A stretch of 64,000 nucleotides of DNA from a virus. Taxonomy: Duplodnaviria; Heunggongvirae; Uroviricota; Caudoviricetes. The notes under the pieces are model-generated. The model did no database searches. It was given only the letters and a program-made list of their open reading frames with translations, and was not told the origin of the DNA. The first letter of the stretch is position 1. Each line of letters opens with the position of its first letter. The stretch is from IMG/VR virus record IMGVR_UViG_3300029610_000240; one strand, 5' to 3'. Positions 1 through 10,500 of this stretch are shown one piece after another. The translations under genes and the position numbers were made by a program.

Positions 1-2
1 AA

Positions 3-3000
3 GCAACAAAAAAAGTTGCCGATACGATCACAACGAATACGGAAGGATATGCAGAATCCAAAGAACTGGATCCGGGAACATATTATGTTCATCAGATCGA
101 AGGAACTCCAAACTATAAATTTAGTGAGGATTCCGCAGATATCAAGATCGAGAATGGAGATACAGGAAAATACAATCACAATGTTGTATTAAAGAACTAT
201 GGTTCCACAAAACTTCGTATCATCAAGAAGATGAGTAAGAATAAACGAAGCAAGGCAGAAGTTGGAGCTTCCTTTACGGTTCTGGATGCATCTTATACCA
301 AAGATATTGAAAAACAGGATCTTGGAAATGCACAAAAAAGAATCGACTATATCAATTCCCTGGACAAAAAAGCAATCCTTGGAGAGATCGTAACGAACAA
401 AGAGGGAAAAGCTGCCCTGATGTTAGACAAATACAGTAAGAAGAATGGATTTGTCGTTATTCAGACCATGGGAGCTGACGGATATGATCTGATGGGAATC
501 TACTATTCCAAAGATCATAACCCAAAGACGGAAAAAGGACAGGATGTTTATGAGATCGAGGCATCTGATCCATACTCTGATTCCGGATGGGTAGAAATCT
601 ACAAGCAAAAGAGAGTCGCAGCGGATGAATATGTACCAGAAGTCGGAGCGAAGTTTGAGTTAAAAGAAGCGGATGGACATGTCGTAGAAACACTGACGAT
701 CGGAAAGGACGGAAAAGCAAAGACCAGCGAAAAAGTAGCACTGGGAGCTTATATCCTGCATCAGGTAGCCGGTGAAAATGGCTGCACAAAAGAACAGGAT
801 AAGCATGACTGGATCGAAGATCAGGATATCGTCTTAACAAAAGACAACAAAAATAAGACTGTCAGCTATTCTTACGATGATAATGAAAAACCGATCGAAG
901 TAGAACTTGTCAAACAATCCTCTGAAACAAAAAAACTGTTAAACGGAGCTGTCTACAAAGTCTATGACAGTGAAAAGAATCAGGTGGCAACATTAACAAC
1001 AGGAACGACCTCTGACGGGAAAGCATCCTGCAGACTGCCATATGGAACTTATACGATCAAAGAAACAACTGCACCGGATGGTTACAATCTTGATACAGAA
1101 CAAAGAACCTTTACCTTAAGTGAAAAGTCTGACAGTATCAAGATCAAATATGACAATGCCGGAAACGGAAAAGCAACCTTAAACGAGACAGATACACCGG
1201 TCATGGGTTCGATCTCCTTACAGAAGAAAGGAGAGTATCTGACAGGGCATGATGGAGATGTAGGATTCACATATGAAGATGATAACATCAATGGAGCTGT
1301 TTACGGCTTGTTTGCCAAAGAAGATATCACAAAAGATGATGGAACCGTTGTATGGAAAGCGGGAACAAAGATCGATGAAAAGACAACAAGCAAAGACGGA
1401 CCAGTGATTTTCACAAGAACAGGCAGCGATGGAAAACAGACGACTAATTTCTATCAGGGCCACTATTATGTCAAAGAACTTTCCGGTCCAAACGGATATA
1501 CCATTGATAAAGAAGAGCATGAAGTCAATATCACATGGGATACGAAACCAGATGCTATGAACAATCTGAATAAAAACAATACAACGCCGGATGTGGAAGA
1601 TCCAATGGGAAGTGAAGATGCGAAACCATCAACAGGGATCTATGTTCTGGAAGAAGGCGAAACTTTAAACAAAGAATTTGCCAATGCAGAGACGATCACG
1701 TTTACATGGGAAAAGGCAGCAGACGGAGTCCAGACAAAAGACGTTTCCCAGAACAAGGACGGAAGTGTTGTTTTATGGAAAGATGGAAACAACTATTATG
1801 TATCCACACAGAGAGCCGGACAGGTCATCTACATGAACGCTGTATCAAGTAAGATGTTCTTAAACTGTACAGCACTGACAACGATCAAATTTAAAAACAT
1901 TGATACTTCACAGACCGTGGATATGTCTGAGATGTTTGCCGGATGCGGAGCATTAAAAGAACTCGACTTATCAAGTTTCAACACATCTAATGTGGAAGAT
2001 GTATCCAAAATGTTTTACGGATGTTCTGAACTAAAGACAACCTATACACAGGATCAGAAGTTACAGATCACGGATGATTACGTGGCAGCAAAAGGATTAC
2101 AGATCACAGCTTCTCCAAAAACAGACTTTATGTTAGGAGATAAATACAAAGCCAGTGATTTTGACTTCTCTATGCTCTATGATGATAATGGAGAGGAAAC
2201 ACTGGAAGATGTGACGGACGCAGATGTCAGCTTCAATCCAACCTATGCAGATATGTCTGGAAAACAGAAAGTTCAGATCAGCTTTAAGTCATCCAGTAAA
2301 TATGCAAAATACCAGACGATTGAAACAACAGTCAAAGTCATCGATCCTGATGATACGAGTGATGTATCCTTAGATACGGCAAAACATGTAAACATCGACC
2401 TGAACCTGACTGATAAGCTTCAGAAATACAGCATTCAGTTTATCAAAACAGACAACAAAGGAAATATGTTACCGGGTGCGAAGTTTGCATTAAAAGCAGC
2501 CTGTGAGATCGTGGACCGCAATGGAAAGACGATCTTTAAGAAAGGTGATACGATCGCAACAACTGTTTCCGGAGATGATCAGTTTGGTTATCTGGAATTC
2601 TTCGGACTGCCAACTGGTATTTATGCAAAAGACGGTGTTGGCAAAGAAATGTATACGGTGGAAGAGATCGAAGCACCACTTGGATATAATAAGTCCGATG
2701 AAAAGCTGACATTTGGCGGAGAAGTATTAAACAATACGGCTGCGGACTTTATCCATGACGTGGCATCCCAGGGAAATACCAATACCGATGAAACAACTTA
2801 CAAACATGATTCCAAGACAATTGTCAACACTCCATCAGATTATGTGCAGGTGAAGAAGTACTGGATTGATGATAACAACTCCATGAACACAAGACCTGTA
2901 TCAGTGACCATCAAAGCCGAAAATAAGAATACACATGAAGTGAAGACTTATGTTCTGAACAAAGATAACAACTGGGCAATGCAGACAGATATCAAGCGTG

Positions 3001-4673
3001 GTGAGGAAAAGAACTATACGTTTAGTGAAGTTTGTAATGCAGCAGGTTACACAAGAGTTAGTGAAGCAAGTGGCGATTGGGATGAAAAAACATATACTTT
3101 ATCTTATACAAACAAATATGATAAGAATGATAAAGTACGGATTGTTGTCAAGAAAAACTGGAATGACAGTAATAATAGTGATGGTATTCGCCCAGATTCT
3201 GTTGTTGTGAGAGTTTATCAAAATGGTACAGAAATAAATCATAAAACATTAGATGCGAGCAATAACTGGACTGCAGAATTTAATAACCTCAATAAGACTG
3301 ATCCTGTTGGAGAAGATTACGAATATGAAGTGAAAGAAGATTCATCCTCTGTTGTTAACGGAAATGCAAAAACAGGTTATGAAGTGGCATATGAAGTAAA
3401 GAAATCAACGGATAAATCTACAGGTATCACAACGATCTCAACAGATATCACAAACACACATAGTCCAGATTCAACGACCAAATCCATTCAGAAGAAATGG
3501 AGTGATAACAACGATTCCGATGGCATCCGCCCAGATTCTGTCAAGTTCAATCTTGTCGGAAACGGAAAAGTCGCAGATACCGTAACCTTGTCTGAAAAGA
3601 ATGGATGGAAAGCGACATCCAAGCTCGTTCCAAAGAAAGAAAATGGAAAAGCGATCACTTATACATGGCAGGAAGTACAAGAAGGTGTGGTCACAGGAGA
3701 GAGTCAGATCGGATATAAGGCAACTTATACAACCGATAAAGATGATCCTGATACAACGATCGCAACCAATACCCATACACCGGGAAGAGGAAAGGTAACG
3801 ATCACGAAAGAGATCGATCCATCTAACTTAAACATGGATATCGGAAGTGCGAAATTTACGTTTACACTGAAAGGAACCGATGCTTATGGAAAGAAACATA
3901 CGTACAAGGAAGAGGTTGAATTCAGCAAGGATGAAGTAGCAAAACAGTTAAAAGCTCATCCGGGAGAAAGGATCAAACTTTCTGCAACCTTCGATGATCT
4001 GATCTACGGTACTTATACATGCAGCGAGAGTGGTGGAGAGAAATACTTTAAGCTCCTGACACTTACATCTGACAGCACCAATGCAACGGTTGACCAGAGC
4101 AAAGGAACTGTAACATTTAAGATCGGACCAGAAGGAACTATGGGAAATGCGAAACTGACAGCAGATGCAACTTTCGTTAACCAGATGATCCGTGGATCCG
4201 TAAAATTAGTTAAGAAAGATTCCTCCGGAAAACGATTAAAAGGTGTGGAATTTACGATCGAAGATTCCGATGGAAACAAGATCGCCAGTGACACAACAAA
4301 CGAGAATGGAGAGATTAAGTTTGATGGATTACTGCCAGATAAGTATAAGATCACAGAGACAAAGACACAGAGCGGTAAGACACTGTTAAAAGAACCAATC
4401 GATGTAACGATCCCAATGACAGTGACACAAAGCGAAGTGAACGATCAAAATATCGATGTGAGCAATGCGATCAAGCAGGGAAATAACTATTATTTCTATC
4501 ACTTAACTTATGAGGTGAGCAATGATTCCACACTGAACCTGCCATCAACTGGTGGATTCAGTAATATCAAGACTTACCTTCCACTGATCGGTGGATTCGT
4601 ACTGATCTTAGCAGCAGGATTCTATTATCTGAAAAAGAAAAAGGGTATGAAAATCCTGAAGAAGAAAAAATAA
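3..4673 (+). CDS. LPXTG cell-wall-anchored adhesin, 5' partial (frame open to window start). Repeated Cna-B/SpaA-type modules (TGxYxxKExxAPxGY-like) and a BspA-like leucine-rich module. C-terminal LPSTGG sorting signal, hydrophobic span and K-rich tail.
   Basis: ORF 231..4673 stays open in frame back to nt 3. The C-terminal sorting signal 'LPSTGGFSNIKTYLPLIGGFVLILAAGFYYLKKKK' is a classic sortase substrate. 'KETTAPDGYNL' and 'YVKELSGPNGYTI' are Cna-B-like motifs. 'MFAGCGALKELDLSSFNTSNVEDVSKMFYGCSELK' matches a BspA-type leucine-rich repeat. Confidence 0.8.
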   Translation, partial: ATKKVADTITTNTEGYAESKELDPGTYYVHQIEGTPNYKFSEDSADIKIENGDTGKYNHNVVLKNYGSTKLRIIKKMSKNKRSKAEVGASFTVLDASYTKDIEKQDLGNAQKRIDYINSLDKKAILGEIVTNKEGKAALMLDKYSKKNGFVVIQTMGADGYDLMGIYYSKDHNPKTEKGQDVYEIEASDPYSDSGWVEIYKQKRVAADEYVPEVGAKFELKEADGHVVETLTIGKDGKAKTSEKVALGAYILHQVAGENGCTKEQDKHDWIEDQDIVLTKDNKNKTVSYSYDDNEKPIEVELVKQSSETKKLLNGAVYKVYDSEKNQVATLTTGTTSDGKASCRLPYGTYTIKETTAPDGYNLDTEQRTFTLSEKSDSIKIKYDNAGNGKATLNETDTPVMGSISLQKKGEYLTGHDGDVGFTYEDDNINGAVYGLFAKEDITKDDGTVVWKAGTKIDEKTTSKDGPVIFTRTGSDGKQTTNFYQGHYYVKELSGPNGYTIDKEEHEVNITWDTKPDAMNNLNKNNTTPDVEDPMGSEDAKPSTGIYVLEEGETLNKEFANAETITFTWEKAADGVQTKDVSQNKDGSVVLWKDGNNYYVSTQRAGQVIYMNAVSSKMFLNCTALTTIKFKNIDTSQTVDMSEMFAGCGALKELDLSSFNTSNVEDVSKMFYGCSELKTTYTQDQKLQITDDYVAAKGLQITASPKTDFMLGDKYKASDFDFSMLYDDNGEETLEDVTDADVSFNPTYADMSGKQKVQISFKSSSKYAKYQTIETTVKVIDPDDTSDVSLDTAKHVNIDLNLTDKLQKYSIQFIKTDNKGNMLPGAKFALKAACEIVDRNGKTIFKKGDTIATTVSGDDQFGYLEFFGLPTGIYAKDGVGKEMYTVEEIEAPLGYNKSDEKLTFGGEVLNNTAADFIHDVASQGNTNTDETTYKHDSKTIVNTPSDYVQVKKYWIDDNNSMNTRPVSVTIKAENKNTHEVKTYVLNKDNNWAMQTDIKRGEEKNYTFSEVCNAAGYTRVSEASGDWDEKTYTLSYTNKYDKNDKVRIVVKKNWNDSNNSDGIRPDSVVVRVYQNGTEINHKTLDASNNWTAEFNNLNKTDPVGEDYEYEVKEDSSSVVNGNAKTGYEVAYEVKKSTDKSTGITTISTDITNTHSPDSTTKSIQKKWSDNNDSDGIRPDSVKFNLVGNGKVADTVTLSEKNGWKATSKLVPKKENGKAITYTWQEVQEGVVTGESQIGYKATYTTDKDDPDTTIATNTHTPGRGKVTITKEIDPSNLNMDIGSAKFTFTLKGTDAYGKKHTYKEEVEFSKDEVAKQLKAHPGERIKLSATFDDLIYGTYTCSESGGEKYFKLLTLTSDSTNATVDQSKGTVTFKIGPEGTMGNAKLTADATFVNQMIRGSVKLVKKDSSGKRLKGVEFTIEDSDGNKIASDTTNENGEIKFDGLLPDKYKITETKTQSGKTLLKEPIDVTIPMTVTQSEVNDQNIDVSNAIKQGNNYYFYHLTYEVSNDSTLNLPSTGGFSNIKTYLPLIGGFVLILAAGFYYLKKKKGMKILKKKK

Positions 4674-4683
4674 CAACCAATAA

Positions 4684-4716
4684 TGATCTCACAGTCTTTG
4701 GGCTGTGGGATCGTTT
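4684..4716 (+). terminator. Hairpin terminator after the adhesin gene (stem cacag/ctgtg, weak U-tract)
   Basis: 'gatctcacagtctttgggctgtgggatcgtttctg' lies directly after the stop at 4673. It belongs to the same hairpin family seen at 11273 and 12155. Confidence 0.45.
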
Positions 4717-4740
4717 CTGTAAAAAAAGGAGAAGAACAAG

Positions 4741-5031
4741 ATGGAAAAATGTTTCGATGAAAAGAAAATAGCAAAACTTACAGGAACCGCAGTACAGGAT
4801 GATGAAACATTTAAAGCAGAAGGTGGATTTGTTCCTGAAAGAGATCAGTTTTATTTTGAGATGAAGCAGGGAGATTATGTTTTTATGGTTGGATTTAAAG
4901 AGCTGCTGATATGTCTGCGACTACTTGAAAAGATGGATGAAATCCCAGAGATCGGTGAAAAATGGTGGCAGCAGATGGCAACACTTTATGGGAATGATAT
5001 TTATATGCTAAAATATGATGAAGCAAAATAA
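4741..5031 (+). CDS. hypothetical protein (96 aa)
   Basis: ORF with upstream 'aaaggagaag' Shine-Dalgarno. No recognisable motifs. Confidence 0.4.
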   Translation: MEKCFDEKKIAKLTGTAVQDDETFKAEGGFVPERDQFYFEMKQGDYVFMVGFKELLICLRLLEKMDEIPEIGEKWWQQMATLYGNDIYMLKYDEAK

Positions 5032-5054
5032 AATCATATACAGGAGACGATGTC

Positions 5055-5174
5055 ATGAAAGAAATTAAGTTTGTCACAGGCGGATGGACTGATTATTTTC
5101 CACTTGCAGGAGGAATCATTCTGATTGTAGGAGGATTGTTTGTATATTACAGAAAGAAAAGGAGAAAGATGTGA
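5055..5174 (+). CDS. Small membrane peptide (39 aa): hydrophobic span followed by RKKRRK tail
   Basis: ATG at 5055 preceded by 'caggagacg'. Protein MKEIKFVTGGWTDYFPLAGGIILIVGGLFVYYRKKRRKM. Below the 60-aa ORF-track cutoff. Confidence 0.3.
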   Translation: MKEIKFVTGGWTDYFPLAGGIILIVGGLFVYYRKKRRKM

Positions 5175-5398
5175 AGAAAAACCAAGATGAAGAGATTAAT
5201 AAAGAAATTGTAAAATCAGTAATCAGTCGAGGAATCCCAGTTGAAAAGTTCTTTGAGCTTGGTGGAGAAATAATAAAGTTAGACCCAAGCCCTAACTCAA
5301 CACATGTTAATGTGTTTGAGATGGCAGGGATCGATCCAAAGAAAGTGGAAGAAAACACGAAACTGATTAATGACCTGATTAATTCTATGAAAGAATAA
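5171..5398 (+). CDS. hypothetical protein (75 aa)
   Basis: ORF track only. GTG start overlaps the preceding small ORF. Confidence 0.3.
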   Translation: MKKNQDEEINKEIVKSVISRGIPVEKFFELGGEIIKLDPSPNSTHVNVFEMAGIDPKKVEENTKLINDLINSMKE

Positions 5399-5509
5399 CG
5401 AAAAGAGTCCAGATACACGAAAGAGATAAATCGAAAGACGGTACGCATGTTGATTGGTGGATATACGAGGAATCAGATCCTCAAAATTATTTTAAGGAGG
5501 TAAAAGAAA

Positions 5510-5920
5510 ATGAGTAATTTATATTTCAATAATGTAGAAAAAGTTGGCCAATTATATTTAGAATATGTTTTTTTTGAATTTGAAAGCGAGCCAATACTAT
5601 TTATATGCCACGATCAATTAAATCAAACATATCTTTGTTTATGTTCCGATATTCGATATGGCCAAAAATGGATAATTACTAAGTGTGATACGAAAATATT
5701 AAGGGCTTTAATTACTGCAGAAATTGATATTGTGACTGCCTTTTTAAAACATCAAAAAGCAATAGTTATAGATATGGATATGGAAGGAACGGAAAAAAGT
5801 TATGAAATAAATACCGAGGAAATTGATCCTTTAGATTTACCTAAACCTGGAACTTTTATTAGATGTAATAAGGAAAAAGCTCAAAATTATTTATTACAAT
5901 TGGAAACAAACTCTGAGTAG
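5510..5920 (+). CDS. hypothetical protein (136 aa), paralog of 5944..6417
   Basis: RBS 'aaggaggtaaaagaaaatg'. Shares the pattern YL-h-h-E--PI-h-C-D----YL-LC--I--G with the next ORF. Very AT-rich. Confidence 0.45.
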   Translation: MSNLYFNNVEKVGQLYLEYVFFEFESEPILFICHDQLNQTYLCLCSDIRYGQKWIITKCDTKILRALITAEIDIVTAFLKHQKAIVIDMDMEGTEKSYEINTEEIDPLDLPKPGTFIRCNKEKAQNYLLQLETNSE

Positions 5921-5943
5921 CTTTAGAATTATGGAGAATAAAA

Positions 5944-6417
5944 ATGAATAAAGAATTGTGTTTTATTTTGGAAAATAAAAATGTATATTTAGATCATATA
6001 TTAGTTGATTATGAATATGTTCCAATTTTTTTATTATGTAAAGACGATGAGTGTCAATATTATTTGGCATTATGTACGAATATAGAAAATGGAGAATATA
6101 TTGTTGTAAAGATATCTTTATTAAGTGTTTATAACTTATTACATGGAAATATTGCAATGAGGGATGTAATCTTAAATCAGAAAATGTTTTGGAAAGTTGT
6201 TTCTGGTGACGAAATAAAAAATGATATTATAAATCAATATCCAATTAATCATATAAATGATCAAGATTTACCAGAGAAGGATGTAAAGTTTAAAATCCTT
6301 CAGAAACATATAAAAGAGTATGTGCAAAAATTTGATAAAGAGTTTTTTGCATTGGAACAATATAATAAAGAAGAGTGGTGGAGAGAAATACTTCAAACTC
6401 TTAGCACTGACATCTGA
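5944..6417 (+). CDS. hypothetical protein (157 aa), paralog of 5510..5920. Its 3' end runs into the adhesin-gene fragment.
   Basis: Paralogy is seen by eye. The C-terminal residues '...EWWREILQTLSTDI' are encoded by the relic adhesin sequence. Confidence 0.4.
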   Translation: MNKELCFILENKNVYLDHILVDYEYVPIFLLCKDDECQYYLALCTNIENGEYIVVKISLLSVYNLLHGNIAMRDVILNQKMFWKVVSGDEIKNDIINQYPINHINDQDLPEKDVKFKILQKHIKEYVQKFDKEFFALEQYNKEEWWREILQTLSTDI

Positions 6418-6545
6418 CAGCACCAATGCAACCGTTGATCAGAGCAAAGGAATTGTGACGTTCAAGATTGGACCGGAAGAAACCAAGATTGCAAAAGATA
6501 CAACTAATGAAAACGGAGAAGTTAAGTTATGTAAGAGAAAATAAA
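6375..6545 (+). pseudogene. Relic fragment of an adhesin paralog, matching the Cna-B region of the 3..4673 gene with an internal ~130-nt deletion
   Basis: 6375-6545 is about 80% identical to 4027-4160 plus 4290-4318 ('ggtggagagaaatac...gacagcaccaatgcaac...gaccagagcaaagga'). Translated: SGGEKYFKLLALTSDSTNATVDQSKGIVTFKIGPEE...TTNENGEVK. Confidence 0.65.
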
Positions 6546-6641
6546 ACAAATAGAATTAAAAAACAATACATTGACAATGATTAATATAACCATAAATGCT
6601 GATTATGATCATATACATACATATGGCAAGGAGGATTTAAC

Positions 6642-6950
6642 ATGATAATACAATTAAAATCATTTACAAATGATGCAGCATCAAGAACAAAAGGATTACA
6701 GTTGAAAACAAAGTTGGAACATGCTATAAAAGAAGAAAGGAATATATCTGTTGATTTTGATGGTATTGACAAATTTGCTTCTCCATTTTTTAACAATAGC
6801 TTTTCTGCACTTGGAATTCAATATGGTTTTGAAATAATAGAAAAAATTGAATTATTAAATATTTCCGATAATGGCAAATTAGTATTTGATTCTTCAATAG
6901 AAAATGCAAAATTTTTAACAGACCATAATGATCAAAAAACTGATAAATAG
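6642..6950 (+). CDS. hypothetical small protein (102 aa); a STAS-like/DUF4325-like fold is possible but tentative
   Basis: RBS 'aaggaggatttaacatg', followed by a clean terminator. The family assignment is from memory only. Confidence 0.4.
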   Translation: MIIQLKSFTNDAASRTKGLQLKTKLEHAIKEERNISVDFDGIDKFASPFFNNSFSALGIQYGFEIIEKIELLNISDNGKLVFDSSIENAKFLTDHNDQKTDK

Positions 6951-6989
6951 TTCTGTGGAAAGATAAACAAAATACCAGAAATTTAATTA

Positions 6990-7026
6990 TCCTCCAGTCC
7001 AATTTCGGATTGGATGATTTTTTTTG
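6990..7026 (+). terminator. Rho-independent terminator (tccaat/attgga stem plus T8)
   Basis: 'cctccagtccaatttcggattggatgatttttttt'. Confidence 0.7.
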
Positions 7027-7039
7027 AACATTTTGATAT

Positions 7040-7495
7040 ATTGTAGCTGTATAACTTGCAAACAGCTACATACTTGTGCTATAATAAAAGTATGAAAAGA
7101 GAATATAAAGTTACAAAAACAACAACATCACTGATCAAGTATCATTTCGTTTTTTGCCCAAAGTATCGAAGAAAGATATTTCTGATCCATGGGGTAGAAG
7201 AACGAATGAAAGAATTGACAAAGGAACAGTGTGAAAAGGATCAGATCGAGATTCTTGAGATGAAATGTGATGTGGATCATGTATATTTATATGTAAGAGC
7301 ATATCCACAGACAACAATAACAAGGATCATGGGGAGCATCAGAGAGTACACATCAAAAATATTAAGAAAGGAATTTAAAGAACTATCAAAAATGAGTTCT
7401 CTTTGGACTAGATCTTATTTTGTTAGCACAGAAGATTTTATTAGTCTGGATACGATCAAATGGTATGTTGAGCAGCAAAAAACTAGAGGGTAAGT
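7040..7495 (+). mobile_element. IS200-like remnant: left-end hairpin plus tnpA, with no room for a right end
   Basis: Imperfect palindrome 'tagctgtataacttgcaaacagcta' at 7043-7069. tnpA stops 20 nt before the RBS of the next gene, so there is no downstream subterminal hairpin. Confidence 0.5.
7092..7493 (+). CDS. tnpA: IS200/IS605-family Y1 (HuH) transposase TnpA, probably degenerate (HuH motif reads H-V-Y)
   Basis: 'YHFVFCPKYRRKIF' is the TnpA N-terminal signature. 'DVDHVYLYV' replaces the canonical HxH. 'YFVST...IKWYVEQQ' is the catalytic-Tyr region. ATG 7092 is preferred over the TTG at 7056. A 'tgctataat' -10-like element lies just upstream. Confidence 0.7.
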   Translation: MKREYKVTKTTTSLIKYHFVFCPKYRRKIFLIHGVEERMKELTKEQCEKDQIEILEMKCDVDHVYLYVRAYPQTTITRIMGSIREYTSKILRKEFKELSKMSSLWTRSYFVSTEDFISLDTIKWYVEQQKTRG

Positions 7496-7512
7496 AAAAT
7501 TGGAGGTAGATT

Positions 7513-10500
7513 ATGAGTAAGGTAAAAAAAGGAAAACGAGTGGCAGCAGCTGCGATGGCTGTTGCGTTATCTATGGCTACGGTAACGACTGGTGTGTTAC
7601 CGAACACAACGGTTCATGTACATGCAGAAGAAGATGGAAGTGTATATAAAAAGATTGCTGATTCAAGCGTAGATGGATTCTATTACGAGCAAAATGTATG
7701 GGGATATGTACAATGTACAACAGACAAAACATTGGAATATTCTTCTTATGATGAAATGATAAAAAAACTTTCAGCAATTACAAAAAAAATCGTTCAGGAA
7801 AATGCTTATGATCGGTATAGTTTTAGTTTTCCTATAAAGATCAGTTCTGCTGCAAAGGATGAAAGATTTGAAAATGGTCAAGTTAATAAAGATTTAAAAA
7901 ATGAAATATATAAAGAAACAGGAGATCCAAAGGGTGGACATACAATGATTGCTATGGGCGGTGGATCGACACAAATTTATGATATAAGTTATTCTGAGTC
8001 TGAAAAAGCATATGTAGGTGAAGTATCTGGAAGTGGTGGATATGGAGAAAAACGAAATAGATATCAAGAAGCTACAAAGAAATTAGATGAAGTTATCAGA
8101 TCATTGAATCTTGATGGAAAATCTGATTATGATAAATTTAAAGCAGTCACGAATTGGATTGTTTCAAATGTGCGATATGACGATGATAATGAAACAAAAT
8201 ATCAGCACGACCTAACAGGAGCTGTCTTAGATGGATTGGCCGTTTGCGATGGATACGCAGGAACTTTTTATTATATGGCAAATGCAGTTGGATTAAATGC
8301 TTTGTTTGAGGATGGTATAGATAATGATAATAGAATTCGACATGCATGGAATCTGGTACAGATTGATGGAATTTACTATTATGCAGATCCTACAAATGCA
8401 TATTTTAAAGAGGATGGAGAACCAGGAAGTGAAGTATTATATGGACAGAAACACTTTTTTTCTCTGGACACACCAGACAGTACTACGATAGAAGATACCT
8501 ACAAAAATATATCACAGGATGACTACTTGAAAGAGCATTCTGTATGTAAAGGAAATCACAATCTTCGAGAAAATGGAGGAAAATCTGCTCAATGTACAAC
8601 ACCTGCTACAATACATTATGAATGTACAAACCCTGGCTGCCTATATGAATACGATGTAGAATCATCCCCAGCTTTAGGACATGCATGGGATGAAGGCAAA
8701 ATCACACAGGAACAATCCTGTGATAATCCAGAAATTACAACATATACATGTACCAGAAGTAATTGTAAAAAGAAGAAACAGGTAGAAACCAAACCCGCAC
8801 TTGGTCATACATGGGATGAAGGAAAGATCACAAAAGAAGCTACCTGTTCCGAAACAGGAGTTAAGACTTATACATGTAGTCGCTGCGGTGGAACAAAGAC
8901 TGAAGAGATCCCAAAAACAAAACATGACTATAAAGAGCATGTAGTAAAAGCTCCTACTTGCACAGAAAAAGGTGTTAGCTACTATGTATGTAAAAACTGT
9001 GGACTTACAACATCAAGACATCAGACACCTGCGACTGGGCATATCCATACAGAAGTACGGAATCAAAAGGATGCAACATATAAGGAAAATGGGTACACCG
9101 GAGATACTTACTGCAAAGATTGTGGTAAGAAACTGGAAACAGGAACCGTGATCCCAAAATTGGTAGAGAAAGAACATGATTACGGCGAATGGGTTCTTGA
9201 TCAGGCTCCAACGTGCAAAAAATACGGGGCAAGGCACAGAATCTGCAAGAACTGCGGAGATCGAGAGGTCGATGTGCTTGACAAGGTCGATCATTCATGG
9301 GAACTTGTCTCAACGACACCTGCTACATGCACCATTGGAGAAATCCAACATTATAAGTGCAGCGTTTGTGGAGAGACAAAAGATGTGACATTAAGTAATC
9401 CATTAGGAGAACATTCCTGGGATAACGGAAAGGTAACCAAAAAAGCTACCTGTACGGAAGATGGAGAAAAGACTTATACCTGTACTGTCTGCAATACGAC
9501 AAAAACGGAAGTCATTTCTGCTACCGGACATCAGCACAAAGAAGTGAGAAACGCAAAGAAAGCTACCTGTACCGAAGATGGTTATACAGGAGATACTTAC
9601 TGCAAGGACTGTGGAGAAAAGCTAGAAACAGGTTCTGTGATCAAAAAGCTTGGTCACACATGGGATAACGGAGTGATTACAAAAGAAGCAACAGAAACCG
9701 AGGAAGGTGTTAAGACTTATACTTGTAAAACATGTGGAGAAACAAAGACAGAGAGTATTCCAGTCACATCTCACCACTGGGATCAGGGAACGATCACAAA
9801 GAAAGCTACTTGTACAGAAAACGGAGAAAAGACGTACCGTTGTACGGATGCAGACTGTGATAAAACATATGTAGAGACAATTCCTGCCACTGGACATCAG
9901 CATACAGAAGTCCGTGATAAAAAGGATGCCACATGCGAGAAAGATGGTTACAGCGGAGATACCTACTGTAAAGATTGTGGTCAGCTGATCAGTAAAGGAG
10001 CAATAGTGAAAGCCACTGGACATTCTTGGGATGATGGAAAAGTGACCGAAGCAGCGACCTGCAAGAAAGAGGGAATAAAAACCTACACCTGCAAGAACTG
10101 TGGAGAGACAAAGACAGAATCCATTCCAAAAACAGAACATCAGTGGGATAACGGTAAGGTTACAAAAGAAGCTACCTGCAAAGAAGAAGGAAGCAAAACC
10201 TATACCTGCAGCATTTGTGGTGACACGAAAACAGAAGTAATTCCAAAGAAAGACCACACATGGGATGAAGGAAAGGTAACCAAAAAAGCAACCTGTACCG
10301 AAGATGGCTTAAAAGTCTACACTTGTAAGTCTTGTGGAGAAACCAAAGAAGAGGCACTAAAAGCAACAGGGCATCAGTATACAGAACTCCGCAATGAAAA
10401 GAAAGCGACCTGTACGGAAGAAGGTTACACAGGAGATACTTACTGTACCGACTGCGGCGAGCTGATCAAAAAAGGTTCTGCGACAGAAAAAGCCAATCAT

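Noticed and set aside
457-1520. Minus-strand ORFs of 60-127 aa inside the adhesin gene
   Set aside because: They are embedded in a 4.4-kb ORF that has clear domain signatures and no independent signals. They are typical spurious antisense ORFs.
5510-6417. I considered the tandem paralogs downstream of the adhesin as a polymorphic-toxin immunity array
   Set aside because: The upstream giant protein ends in an LPXTG sorting signal, not a toxin domain. No secretion or delivery module is present. I have no positive evidence beyond the arrangement.
7056-7091. TTG-initiated N-terminal extension of the IS200 tnpA ORF
   Set aside because: The extension is encoded by the left-end hairpin itself. ATG 7092 gives a normal 133-aa TnpA beginning 'MKREYKV'.
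9622-10257. A 211-aa minus-strand ORF, and several others at 8674-10721, nested inside the Cys-rich surface-protein gene
   Set aside because: They are antisense read-throughs of a repetitive coding sequence: Cys-rich because they are the reverse complement of Cys/Gly codons. They have no RBS and lie entirely within a strongly supported plus-strand CDS.
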